A stretch of 64,000 nt of DNA, taken from the sequence record PP496438.1. One strand, given 5' to 3'. Under the pieces are notes generated by a model. That model was not told the DNA's origin. It saw nothing but the letters and a program-made list of their open reading frames with translations, and made no database searches. Shown in pieces: positions 9,830 to 18,978 of the stretch. Within the stretch, counting starts at the first letter, position 1. Each line of letters opens with the position of its first letter. A program made the translations under genes and the position numbers.

Positions 9830-11041
9830 ATGATCAAATTCGTGGAGATATCCGCACCTAGTTCGGACTTCGCCAAGACCCTCAAGAAAGGCATACGGGT
9901 CGTGGTCAACATGGGATCTACTAAGGAACCGTCCTATTGGATGGCGACTGTAGCAAAGAACAATGCAGCGAAGGGCACCGTCAACCTGAACTTCGATGAT
10001 GGAGACGTGGCCGAGTACAAAGCTATCAAGTCCAAGGTGGGTATTGTCGGGATCGGAGTTGCCAAAGTCCGCAAGACTGAAATCCCATTGTCTCAGGTTG
10101 GCAAGTGGCTTACTAGTGAGGAAACTACATCACCGTCCTCCTACCTGTCTGACCCTGTCCAGAAGTTTTTAGCTAAGTGGGTAGACTCCTTTGATAAGGA
10201 CGGGGCCAATCCTTCAAATAAGAAATATTTGTTAAAGACAATGAAGGACTTATTACCTAGCATACCCGAAGAGTATAGAAAACATACGGGTATCCTTTTC
10301 CGAGGGGTTAGGCTACCAGTAGAAGTTGTAACTTCTATCCTCGCGGGTTCTCGACTAAAATTTAAAGATGAATTCATTTCGTATTCCTCCGATAGAGATG
10401 CTGCTGTAAAATTTGCGGCCTATGTAGACTATGATAAAGGAAAAGAACAAATAGGGATAGTAATAAAAGAGGATAGTAACTCTGTTGCGGTTAATATCTT
10501 TGAGGTATGGGATAACATCTCGTCAAAGTACAAAGATATACATTCTCAATCATTTGTAGATGAGGAAAAAGAAGTAGTACTTCAAAACTCCAACCTGGGA
10601 CTAGCTACTTCACAGATTGATATGCTACTTATATCTAAAGGTAAAATAAAATCATTAGGGAAGCAGGAGCCTCCCGGCTGGAATAAGTTTCTTAAATCAA
10701 GTGGAATACTTAAAGACATATATTGCATTCCCAACACTAAAGATAATATTAAGGGTGTACAAGAAGTCCTTAGTTTGAACACGACAACTCTTATGAATCC
10801 GCAGAAGATGTCGGCTATACTAACCAAACTAGGATTTCCTAAATCTAACGGGGAAACATTTAGGACGTTGTACCTTCCTGACCTAGAGCTTTCTATAAAA
10901 GCGTCTATGGTTCCTCAAGGAATACTGTTCGAGACTGGTAAGGGCTGGCGATTTGCCAAGTTTGAGTATAAACAGGTAGGGATAGCAGAGGATGAAGCAT
11001 CCGCTATCAATTTATTTAATATGATAGCCAAACAAAGATAA
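9830..11041 (+). CDS. N-terminal Tudor/SH3-like module fused to an R-S-ExE ADP-ribosyltransferase domain
   Basis: ILFRG (Arg), FISYSSD (SxS), DEEKEVVL (ExE); residues 13-94 are 56/82 identical to a segment of the 11128 protein; AT-rich after about 10140. Confidence 0.7.
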   Translation: MIKFVEISAPSSDFAKTLKKGIRVVVNMGSTKEPSYWMATVAKNNAAKGTVNLNFDDGDVAEYKAIKSKVGIVGIGVAKVRKTEIPLSQVGKWLTSEETTSPSSYLSDPVQKFLAKWVDSFDKDGANPSNKKYLLKTMKDLLPSIPEEYRKHTGILFRGVRLPVEVVTSILAGSRLKFKDEFISYSSDRDAAVKFAAYVDYDKGKEQIGIVIKEDSNSVAVNIFEVWDNISSKYKDIHSQSFVDEEKEVVLQNSNLGLATSQIDMLLISKGKIKSLGKQEPPGWNKFLKSSGILKDIYCIPNTKDNIKGVQEVLSLNTTTLMNPQKMSAILTKLGFPKSNGETFRTLYLPDLELSIKASMVPQGILFETGKGWRFAKFEYKQVGIAEDEASAINLFNMIAKQR

Positions 11042-11044
11042 TAG

Positions 11045-11074
11045 TTGCACGGGCTGTTTTGGGTGTGCTATAAT
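11045..11074 (+). promoter_or_regulatory. Sigma70-type promoter
   Basis: TTGCAC-N18-TATAAT with extended -10 TG. Confidence 0.75.
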
Positions 11075-11127
11075 AGCACCATGGCACTATTCAAGCGCCG
11101 CCCACTGTCCCAATGAGGAAAGCAACC

Positions 11128-12837
11128 ATGACCAGATTGACCCTAGCAACCGTCAACGCCGAGATCGCAAAGTCCGGTGGCAAAGAAACTCTGGTCAAGG
11201 GTAAGGGCTACTTCTACTGGATAGGTGGCCGTGCCGACGCCGATCCTCAAATCTGGACTTCCATTTACGTTGCTGCGCTAAACCAGATGACGCTGGCCCA
11301 GTGGCTGGAAGACTGGAAGCGCAATGACGACCAATACAACAAACCTACTCCCGACAAGGAAACCCGCAAAATGGCTATCAGACACGTTCAGACCCTCGCA
11401 GCTCCTGCTCGTCCAAAACCACCTACCGGTGCAAAAGCAGGTGGGGGTAAGTCAATCGAAGAGAGAATCGAATGGAATGAAGGTAGGATCAAGGAGGCTA
11501 CTGCGGAACTGAAAGCCACCAAAGATCCGAAAGCTATTGACAAGATCAAAAAGCAGATTGATATCTACAAGGGTAACATCGCCGGTTTCAAGAAAAGGCT
11601 GAACCCGGAAAAGAAACCAGCACCGGCCAAAGGTCCTAGCGGTGCTGCTTCCAAGAAGCGTACCACTGCTGCCCATGCACAGGAGACTGCGTCCCCGGCT
11701 ACCGACTTCGCCAAGTCGTTGAAGAAGGGCGTTCGTGTACTGGTCAATCTCGGCAACACCAAAGAGCCGTCCTACTTCCTCGGCGCCATTACCAAGAACA
11801 ACGCCAGCAAGGGTTCGGTCAACGTGCTGTTCGATGACGGCGACGTTGCAGAGGTCCGTGCGATCAAATCCAAGGTCGGCATCGTGGGCATCGCCATCGA
11901 CAAGGTACGCAAGTCGGAAGTGCCAGCTGATCAGATCAGCAAGTGGCTGGCTGGTGCGGCACCAGCGACCAAGACCCCCGCCAAGCCTAACGAGCTGAAG
12001 AAGTCGCTGGATATCCTCGGTCCGAAGAAGGACTCCAAGGTGCCCTCCAAGCCCGTGAGTAAGGACACCGAAGTACAAGATATGTATGGTCAGCTGGTGG
12101 ACAAGATGACAGCTATCTTGAAAGCCAAGAAGAAGTACAGCCCAGCGTTGGATAAGGCAATTGATGACTACGCCAAGCTGCCTACGTCAACCAGCAAGGC
12201 CAAGAAGATCGAAGCTTTGCAGGCAGCTATCGGACTCGCTGATTCTCAGCTGGGTTCATCTAAACCATTCAGCCCGGCGGAAGCCCGGAAGGTCATCGGT
12301 GCTATCCCCGGCTGGAAGGCGTCCAGCGTGAAGAACAAAGCGTCGGCCACGTTCACCAAAGATTACCCGAACGGTGTCACTGCCACTGCTTATGTCTTCC
12401 CGCAGTACGTGTCGTTTGAATACCCACAAGGCGAGAACGATCACGTCAGCGACTTGTCCAAGATCGCAGCTTACATCAAGCAGATCGACGATGATCAAGC
12501 AGTAACACCCGACCAAGGAAAAGCACTGGATGCTCTGGCCAAAGCGTTGAAGGGTTGGCCGAACAAGGTCCTCCCACGGGATGCTGACGAAGACAACTTC
12601 CTGCTGCGCGGATTTGAAGATGATGATCTTCCGGCTGATGTGGGGCCAACTGCTGACGCCATCGAAGCACATGCAATCTCGATCTTCAAGAAGATGAAAA
12701 GTGTTGACAACTTCAAGAAGAGCAAGATGTACCACGGCGACAACACATACTCCTTCTCGGCTGGCGGCACCGTGGGCTACGTGTACTTCGATGAAGATGG
12801 CGTCGGCATGGTCCGGGCAACACCGTTCGAAGAGTAA
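11128..12837 (+). CDS. Lys/Ala-rich multidomain protein carrying the shared Tudor/SH3-like module
   Basis: ATG 11128 follows ACTGTCCCAATGAGG leader; module at 11704-11949. Confidence 0.65.
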   Translation: MTRLTLATVNAEIAKSGGKETLVKGKGYFYWIGGRADADPQIWTSIYVAALNQMTLAQWLEDWKRNDDQYNKPTPDKETRKMAIRHVQTLAAPARPKPPTGAKAGGGKSIEERIEWNEGRIKEATAELKATKDPKAIDKIKKQIDIYKGNIAGFKKRLNPEKKPAPAKGPSGAASKKRTTAAHAQETASPATDFAKSLKKGVRVLVNLGNTKEPSYFLGAITKNNASKGSVNVLFDDGDVAEVRAIKSKVGIVGIAIDKVRKSEVPADQISKWLAGAAPATKTPAKPNELKKSLDILGPKKDSKVPSKPVSKDTEVQDMYGQLVDKMTAILKAKKKYSPALDKAIDDYAKLPTSTSKAKKIEALQAAIGLADSQLGSSKPFSPAEARKVIGAIPGWKASSVKNKASATFTKDYPNGVTATAYVFPQYVSFEYPQGENDHVSDLSKIAAYIKQIDDDQAVTPDQGKALDALAKALKGWPNKVLPRDADEDNFLLRGFEDDDLPADVGPTADAIEAHAISIFKKMKSVDNFKKSKMYHGDNTYSFSAGGTVGYVYFDEDGVGMVRATPFEE

Positions 12838-12840
12838 GCT

Positions 12841-12978
12841 GTAAATGATCCATGTATCGGAGGTACCGGGGCTAGAGTCATAGCTGGTTCCGGGAGTCAC
12901 CCTAAGAGGTGTTGTGCTGAGGATTTCACCCTCTTAGGTTTCGTCCGCGCTTTCCTTACCGATTGCGCGGACTTTTTT
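12841..12978 (+). ncRNA. Candidate small structured RNA
   Basis: GTAAATGA motif, two hairpins (12866-12893, 12901-12938), then terminator; only 7- and 12-codon + strand ATG ORFs. Confidence 0.35.
12943..12978 (+). terminator. Rho-independent terminator
   Basis: GTCCGCGC / GCGCGGAC followed by TTTTTT. Confidence 0.8.
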
Positions 12979-13004
12979 ATCTGCAAAATATATTCGAAAA
13001 TAAA

Positions 13005-13034
13005 TTGTACACAATGATGCCCACGTGCTATACT
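13005..13034 (+). promoter_or_regulatory. Sigma70-type promoter
   Basis: TTGTAC-N18-TATACT with TG extension; AT-rich UP-like sequence upstream. Confidence 0.65.
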
Positions 13035-13105
13035 GGAATCACGGGGGCGTGATGCCCCACCAATACCGGCCCGAACGGCCACCACTGTCCCGAGAGGAAT
13101 GCACC

Positions 13106-13423
13106 ATGCCAGCCATGAAGCCAAAGACCACCCCAAGCGAACGCGACGTCCAGATTGCAATAAGCCAACTGGAAAATTTGAAGCTGGTAGCGATGGGTGA
13201 GATGGATCCGGTATATCGCGATGATCTGCAGTCGTGGTTGGCCGACTGGTATCCAGACTTTTCGTGGAACCCTAACCAGTCAAGCGTTCAGATTCAAGCG
13301 ATGGTTAACCTTCCAGAGTTCGCTGACGTCGAATTAAATCTTAACCGTCGGTATGATGTAGACTTCTACAAAGAGTTGGCTGACGGCGTAGCAGAGTCCT
13401 GTGACTACCAACTCTCGCGTTGA
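13106..13423 (+). CDS. Hypothetical early protein
   Basis: ATG after ACTGTCCCGAGAGG leader. Confidence 0.65.
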   Translation: MPAMKPKTTPSERDVQIAISQLENLKLVAMGEMDPVYRDDLQSWLADWYPDFSWNPNQSSVQIQAMVNLPEFADVELNLNRRYDVDFYKELADGVAESCDYQLSR

Positions 13424-13466
13424 CTCCCCGTTGTCCAATCAACCCTATCCCAAAGAGGAATGCACC

Positions 13467-13940
13467 ATGACTTTCAAGTTCGCTCCAGAGTTCGACGTTG
13501 CCAGCCGCACTTACCGTATCGAGTCTGACTTCGCTACCAAGGTGTTGACGTTCATTGAAACACTGTGGGGCCTGCCGGGCGCTGGTGGTACGCCGATCAT
13601 GGAACGCACCATCCAGATGTCCATGCAGAAGACCGAAAGCCACGAGATTCGTGTTACTAACTACTTCCAAGACAGCACGCTGCTGAAGACTGTCGTGGCC
13701 GTCCGTGCTTTCATGGACATGCGAGATGCGCCTAGCGCCGTGACCAATCACGTGTTCGTAGACGGGTTTGTCCCGAGCGAATCGTGGGGCTCAGACATCA
13801 TGATGACCTTCAACTCGATCATCATGGACGCCAACAAGTGGATGCGGGTAGCCGCTGAGATTGGTGTGGATCAGAGCATCCACTTGAATGAACTCCAGAT
13901 GGACATGCAGGACAAGATGAACAAGGCCACTGGGCTCTGA
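13467..13940 (+). CDS. Hypothetical early protein
   Basis: ATG after CCTATCCCAAAGAGG leader. Confidence 0.65.
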   Translation: MTFKFAPEFDVASRTYRIESDFATKVLTFIETLWGLPGAGGTPIMERTIQMSMQKTESHEIRVTNYFQDSTLLKTVVAVRAFMDMRDAPSAVTNHVFVDGFVPSESWGSDIMMTFNSIIMDANKWMRVAAEIGVDQSIHLNELQMDMQDKMNKATGL

Positions 13941-13949
13941 TCCACAACC

Positions 13950-13965
13950 GGGACCGCAAGGTCCC
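13950..13965 (+). repeat. GCAA-tetraloop hairpin, copy 2
   Basis: GGGACC GCAA GGTCCC. Confidence 0.7.
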
Positions 13966-13999
13966 ACCCCAACCTAATATCCCAAAGAGGAACGCAACA

Positions 14000-14488
14000 A
14001 TGAACAAGCACAATCTCGCAACTGGCTCCCTGATCCTTCTCGTCACCGGCTTTCTGATGGCAGGTGTTGTAACTCAAGCAAGCGCCGCAATGATCGCTCC
14101 CCCGGTCCTCCAGACGAATGGTAATGGTCCGGCACCGTCCGCCAACTTCCTCCGCAACGAAGAGATGTTCTGCAAGAAGCTGGGCCGAGTGTCGTATACC
14201 GCCGCTCAGATGCGTGAAGCTGAAGCCACACAGGAAGAGACCACGGCTGCGGTAAGCATGATGACCGCCACGCTGCGTCCAGACACCCGTGAGATGATGA
14301 TGTACTCCGTTGTCAACGCGGTGTACGAAGATGCTGCAAAGCTCACGCCAGAAGAGATATCGTTGAATTTGTTCTCTAATTGTATGGGACGCGTTGATCC
14401 CGCAACCACGTACACTCAGAACGGACGCCCACCGGCACAGCAAGCGCCGACAGAGGTTTCCACTACGCCCAGACCCATCACCCATTAA
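14000..14488 (+). CDS. Exported hypothetical protein
   Basis: Signal-peptide-like N terminus (..QASA); GAGG SD; two Cys. Confidence 0.65.
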   Translation: MNKHNLATGSLILLVTGFLMAGVVTQASAAMIAPPVLQTNGNGPAPSANFLRNEEMFCKKLGRVSYTAAQMREAEATQEETTAAVSMMTATLRPDTREMMMYSVVNAVYEDAAKLTPEEISLNLFSNCMGRVDPATTYTQNGRPPAQQAPTEVSTTPRPITH

Positions 14489-14517
14489 CTCACGCTGACC
14501 GCGTAAGGTAGACTACC

Positions 14518-14826
14518 GTGAAAGACAAAATCGCCCTCGTAATTTTTGCTGTGTATCTGATGTTCGTGCCCATCGCGCAGGCAGCAGACACCAACGTTAT
14601 CGGCACCGAATACGAAACGTGGGAGAAAGGCGTAGCCGCTTGCCTACGTACCCAGGTGGTTGGTGGGTACGGATGTGACAACGGCGATGGCGTCAAGCTG
14701 TTCTCCCAGTACGTGCAAGCGATCTTGGATAGTAACGGTAGGGAATCCTACAAGAGTCGAGTGGTCGCACTCGACTACCGAGGTGATGGCGCGATCATCA
14801 TTCATTACGTGTTCACCCGCAAGTAA
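14518..14826 (+). CDS. Exported hypothetical protein
   Basis: GTG start; signal peptide ending AQA. Confidence 0.6.
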   Translation: MKDKIALVIFAVYLMFVPIAQAADTNVIGTEYETWEKGVAACLRTQVVGGYGCDNGDGVKLFSQYVQAILDSNGRESYKSRVVALDYRGDGAIIIHYVFTRK

Positions 14827-14830
14827 CGTC

Positions 14831-14864
14831 AAGCCCGCCCGGATAGCCCCGAGGTGGGCTTTTT
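14831..14864 (+). terminator. Rho-independent terminator (near-duplicate of 29695)
   Basis: AAGCCCGCC..GGTGGGCTTTTT. Confidence 0.8.
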
Positions 14865-14905
14865 CGTTTCCGGCGCACCATCGATGCTGGGATATCGGCA
14901 TCGCA

Positions 14906-14927
14906 CCGCCTGCGTGATCCTACGCGG
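14906..14927. repeat. 22-bp element, copy 1
   Basis: CCGCCTGCGTGATCCTACGCGG, identical to 55916-55937. Confidence 0.8.
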
Positions 14928-15094
14928 TCGGGTACACTGCCAGTCGGGCACTGATCAACGTGGCTAAGGGCTAATTTAATCGGTAAATGATTGACAGTCC
15001 CACCAAGAACCATCCTACCTAAATGCATCTTGCAGGTAAGCACCGCCATTAATTCAAGGGGTCTGCGGCCCCACCGTTTCGGAGCACAAACAGA

Positions 15095-16273
15095 ATGACG
15101 AAGAAGATTGGTACAGCACTGGCCGCACTGGTGTGCATGTTGACACTACAAGGTCAGGCCCATGCCGACTACGACACCAAGGCTTGCAACGTGTCGTTCA
15201 CGGAAGAGCAGGAACGAATACTGGGGACTGCCCATCAGGTAGGTTCCCCGGTCAACTTCGGAGTGACTCTCCAAGCCATTGCATGGAAAGAGTCCTTTGT
15301 CGGGGACAAGGTAGTTCGCGCTAACCCAACCGACGGGCGTTACGGTTCTTACGGCATCACCCACGTGCAGCTCTCGACGGGCGCATGGATGCTGGACCAG
15401 AAGCCTACCAAACCATTCCGAACAGGTCTCCGCAACGATCTAGTAACAGACGACAGCTATGCGCTACAGTTCGCCGCTGCCTACCTGGTGCACACGGAAA
15501 CCATCGCCAAGAAGATCACCCGTGACGGTAACCGCCAATGGCGAGCCACGGTGGCGTCTTACAACGGATCAGGTGCCCAAGCGCGCCGCTACGTGGAAGA
15601 CGTTGCCGACAAAGTATCCTACCTTAAATCATGTGGGTTGACCAAGACCATGAAACGAATCAGTACGCCGCTGGTTGCTGCAGACAGCACCGCCAAGAAG
15701 TCCGCCAAGGAAAAGCTGCGTGATCGACTTGCCGAGAGGCGTGTGGCTACGGCAGTGGCCGAGACCAAATCCAAGCGCCCCAACACCAAGTCTCGCAAAG
15801 TGGCGGATGAACCCGTCAAGGTGAAGCGTGCCCGTGACGTACTGGCCGCCGCCGGTGCACTCCCGCGCAAGTCTCCGAAGTCAGTATTGCGTAACGCTGA
15901 CCCTCTGACCAAAGAGTACATCCAGAAGAAGACGATGGACATCTACACTCGTGCACTCAAGCGCGCCAAAGGTGATCCTACCGTAATCGCATGGGCCAAG
16001 GGGTTGGCGGTCAAGCACATCAAAGACCCACTGGATCAACAGTTCATGTTCTCAGTGCACACACTGGCAGCATGCTGTGTTGCCGGTGGGCAGACGAAGT
16101 TTCAAGCCGATCTGGACTTCCTCAACTTGATGCTGGCAACCTATCTGAACCCGAGCGTGGCACTGGTGTTCAAGAACGGCAAGTTCGACGCCGCACTGGT
16201 CAGTAAGGAAGAAGCCGCCGAGCGTATGCACAACGAAGACGGAATCAGCGTCATCTACAGCGTTATCGTATAA
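15095..16273 (+). CDS. Lytic transglycosylase (SLT-like) with signal peptide and long C-terminal extension
   Basis: AIAWKES (catalytic Glu), YGITHVQ, ASYNG; N-terminal AHA cleavage site. Confidence 0.7.
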   Translation: MTKKIGTALAALVCMLTLQGQAHADYDTKACNVSFTEEQERILGTAHQVGSPVNFGVTLQAIAWKESFVGDKVVRANPTDGRYGSYGITHVQLSTGAWMLDQKPTKPFRTGLRNDLVTDDSYALQFAAAYLVHTETIAKKITRDGNRQWRATVASYNGSGAQARRYVEDVADKVSYLKSCGLTKTMKRISTPLVAADSTAKKSAKEKLRDRLAERRVATAVAETKSKRPNTKSRKVADEPVKVKRARDVLAAAGALPRKSPKSVLRNADPLTKEYIQKKTMDIYTRALKRAKGDPTVIAWAKGLAVKHIKDPLDQQFMFSVHTLAACCVAGGQTKFQADLDFLNLMLATYLNPSVALVFKNGKFDAALVSKEEAAERMHNEDGISVIYSVIV

Positions 16274-16283
16274 GGAGAGCATC

Positions 16284-16454
16284 ATGGCAAGTTCCAATAA
16301 GAAAGACAAGTACCAAGACATTGACGTGGAACTTGCCATTCTCACCACGGTAAAGACGGTAACGACGGGGAAGCAGCTGACGGACAAAGTGCGAGAGGCG
16401 TTCCCTGACCTCTCTGCCGAACAACTCAAACGTTGCCTGAACAAGTTCTGCTGA
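16284..16454 (+). CDS. 56-aa hypothetical protein (absent from ORF track)
   Basis: AAGGAG SD; MASSNKKDK...LNKFC; fills the gap. Confidence 0.65.
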   Translation: MASSNKKDKYQDIDVELAILTTVKTVTTGKQLTDKVREAFPDLSAEQLKRCLNKFC

Positions 16455-16466
16455 GAATAGCCTATT

Positions 16467-16739
16467 ATGACTCCTATCCCTGCTAATCAGGTAACTGCAC
16501 ATTGCACGTGCAACCGTGACTGGATCTTCAGGCATACCAGCCACGCCCCAGATGGTGATCCGTTGGGCGGCAAGCTTACCTGCTACACGTGTGGGTTGAC
16601 CACAAGGTTTGACTACTCCTTCCGGGAGTCAAGGCGTATAATATGGAAGCATGAGAGCCTTGGCAACGGTGTATGGCCGATACCTGATGATGTGTGGGTG
16701 GAATTGCAAAAGATGAATGCCCAGCGCGGGAAGAAGTAA
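16467..16739 (+). CDS. Small Cys-containing protein
   Basis: CTC..CYTC; fits operon. Confidence 0.55.
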   Translation: MTPIPANQVTAHCTCNRDWIFRHTSHAPDGDPLGGKLTCYTCGLTTRFDYSFRESRRIIWKHESLGNGVWPIPDDVWVELQKMNAQRGKK

Positions 16740-16764
16740 CTACCCTAATCCGAGATACCCTACC

Positions 16765-17745
16765 ATGAAATACATCATCTTCGACGTGACGGTGAGCAAA
16801 GGGGTAAAGAAGAAGGTTCCTGTGATCTTCGATGAGTTCCTTGTGCACGCGGATGTCGCCCGTAAGCTTCAAGACGTATCCAAGCCGCTGAAGCTGCGCC
16901 CGGCCACGGCAGGCTTTATCGACTTCGATGTCAAGCAGACGTACGGGAAGTCTACGTCATTGGGTATCGGTATCGGCATTGATGATTGCGAGATCATCGA
17001 GCGTATGTATCTCACCAAGGGATATCAGAGCCCGGAAATGGATGATTTGATATCCAGTCTGGTCAGCAAAGCGGAAGCGGTCGCCAGTAAGATGGTAGGT
17101 AAGGTAGCCAACGACAACGGCCCGTTGATTTGCCCGGTATGCACGCGCCCAGACAATCGTCCGCATGAAGGTTGGCACACTATCTACAACTGCCACTTCG
17201 ACTGCATCGAAGGTTATGAAGCACTGGCGGAAGGCCAACCGCTCGCGCCACCAGCCAGCGTACCCAATCTCATGGCTGCCGCACGGCAAGCTCTTGACCA
17301 GTCCCGTGCGGCGAAGCAAGAGCCTACGCTGGCCCATGCGTTCACCCATACCTGCCAACTACCCAGCGTGGTGCCGAACGTCCAGATGGACACACGCACC
17401 GCCAAGCCGCTGCTATTCACATGCCAGCGAGCCGTCCAGGCGCTCATTGCAGCGCGTCCGGCCAGCCCCCTATTCAAACGGGCGCACTGGCACTCCAAAC
17501 AAGCCCTGATGGCTTCACAGCGCTTCACACAAGCATACCTGTTCCATGCGTACCAGCTCGCGGCGATGTCGGCGTGGGAGGATAACGCGGAGAAGATCGA
17601 GTGCATGACCTTGATCAACTTGGTGCAGACCATGGACCCGCACAATGAATTACGTGACAAGGTTTTCACGGTAAATACTCAACATGGAACAGTGACTACT
17701 CACTCTCTATCCCAAGCTAAATCCTTTGCTAGCAGGCAGGTTTAA
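16765..17745 (+). CDS. Hypothetical multidomain protein
   Basis: ATG 16765; internal CPVC..H..CHFDC motif. Confidence 0.6.
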   Translation: MKYIIFDVTVSKGVKKKVPVIFDEFLVHADVARKLQDVSKPLKLRPATAGFIDFDVKQTYGKSTSLGIGIGIDDCEIIERMYLTKGYQSPEMDDLISSLVSKAEAVASKMVGKVANDNGPLICPVCTRPDNRPHEGWHTIYNCHFDCIEGYEALAEGQPLAPPASVPNLMAAARQALDQSRAAKQEPTLAHAFTHTCQLPSVVPNVQMDTRTAKPLLFTCQRAVQALIAARPASPLFKRAHWHSKQALMASQRFTQAYLFHAYQLAAMSAWEDNAEKIECMTLINLVQTMDPHNELRDKVFTVNTQHGTVTTHSLSQAKSFASRQV

Positions 17746-17746
17746 A

Positions 17747-18949
17747 ATGACCACCAAGACAATGCTGTTGAACAACGTCACCGCCATCGATGTAGGCTTC
17801 CTGACCGCCCAAGGCGTGTTCGGGGCCAGCGTACGCCCTTCGTTCCTTATCACCGGCGAGATGTCCGAGGACGAACAGGTGGTTGTGGATTTCTCCACGA
17901 TCAAGAAGTCCATCAAGGAACTGATCGACCACAAAGAGCTGGGCATCGATCACAAGACCATCGTCATCGGTCCAGCGTTTCCAAAACCTGAAGATGACGA
18001 TAACTTCACCGTCACTATGGGCGGTCCTGTGGGTGGTTCCGTTCGCATGACTGCCCCGGAAGACGCTTTCGTGTTCTTGTCCGAACGTTGCCCCAACGCA
18101 CTCAGCGAAGACTGGAACACCAAGGGTAAGCTGCTGTCCGATTGCGTTGTAGTAGATCGTCACGGCGGGCTGGTATCCCCAGAGCGCTTCGTCATTCCGT
18201 TGGTGCAAGAACTGCTGAGCCGCGAACTGCCAAAGCTCTTCCCCACGTTGACCGACATCAAGGTGTTCTACAGCAAAGACGTCACAGCGCCGTTGCAGCC
18301 TAGCCACATCCGTGTGGGATCCCTGTTCAAAGGCGAAGATCACAATCCGATGATGGACACGCTGGTGGAAGACAACATCCGCCTCACCTACTCCCACGGT
18401 CTGCCCCGCTCCACTAGCTGGGGCTGCCAGAACATCCTGCACGGCCACGTCAGCGTCGTGACACTGGCTATGCCTCATTCCCGCTCCGACCATACACAGG
18501 CTATCCTGCTGGACATTCGCCATGATCTGGCGGGTAAGTATCTGGTGGCCGAGCGTGACGTAATCCCAGCGGATGATGAACCGTCTGTACTGGACGACGA
18601 AGATGCCGTATTGGAAGGCACCGACGAAGATCAGGACGCTAACTCCGACGATCTGATGGACGCACATACCATGTCTGAAGACGATGCGCCGGACGAAGTT
18701 GACGACGTAGCTATCCAAGGTACGAACATCGGGTTCGAGTCCATGTCTCGCGGCTCGTTCAGCCTGTTCCTGCCACACGGCAGCACCCAGATCAAAGTGA
18801 TGCCGACGGACACCACCGTTGAAAACATCGCCCAGTACATCTGGGACACTCACGTCCAGCCCGCCATCGAAGCCTACGAACTGACCGACGTATCCATGTA
18901 CGTCTCGGAAGGCTTGGACAAAGGCGCATTCATCCGTCAGCAGGTATGA
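17747..18949 (+). CDS. Two-domain QueD/PTPS-like (6-carboxytetrahydropterin synthase-like) protein
   Basis: VVDFSTIKK..IDHK; YSHGL..CQNILHGH; TTVENIA; acidic insertion. Confidence 0.75.
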   Translation: MTTKTMLLNNVTAIDVGFLTAQGVFGASVRPSFLITGEMSEDEQVVVDFSTIKKSIKELIDHKELGIDHKTIVIGPAFPKPEDDDNFTVTMGGPVGGSVRMTAPEDAFVFLSERCPNALSEDWNTKGKLLSDCVVVDRHGGLVSPERFVIPLVQELLSRELPKLFPTLTDIKVFYSKDVTAPLQPSHIRVGSLFKGEDHNPMMDTLVEDNIRLTYSHGLPRSTSWGCQNILHGHVSVVTLAMPHSRSDHTQAILLDIRHDLAGKYLVAERDVIPADDEPSVLDDEDAVLEGTDEDQDANSDDLMDAHTMSEDDAPDEVDDVAIQGTNIGFESMSRGSFSLFLPHGSTQIKVMPTDTTVENIAQYIWDTHVQPAIEAYELTDVSMYVSEGLDKGAFIRQQV

Positions 18950-18978
18950 GCATGCTTGCACAACTCCGAGGTAACACC

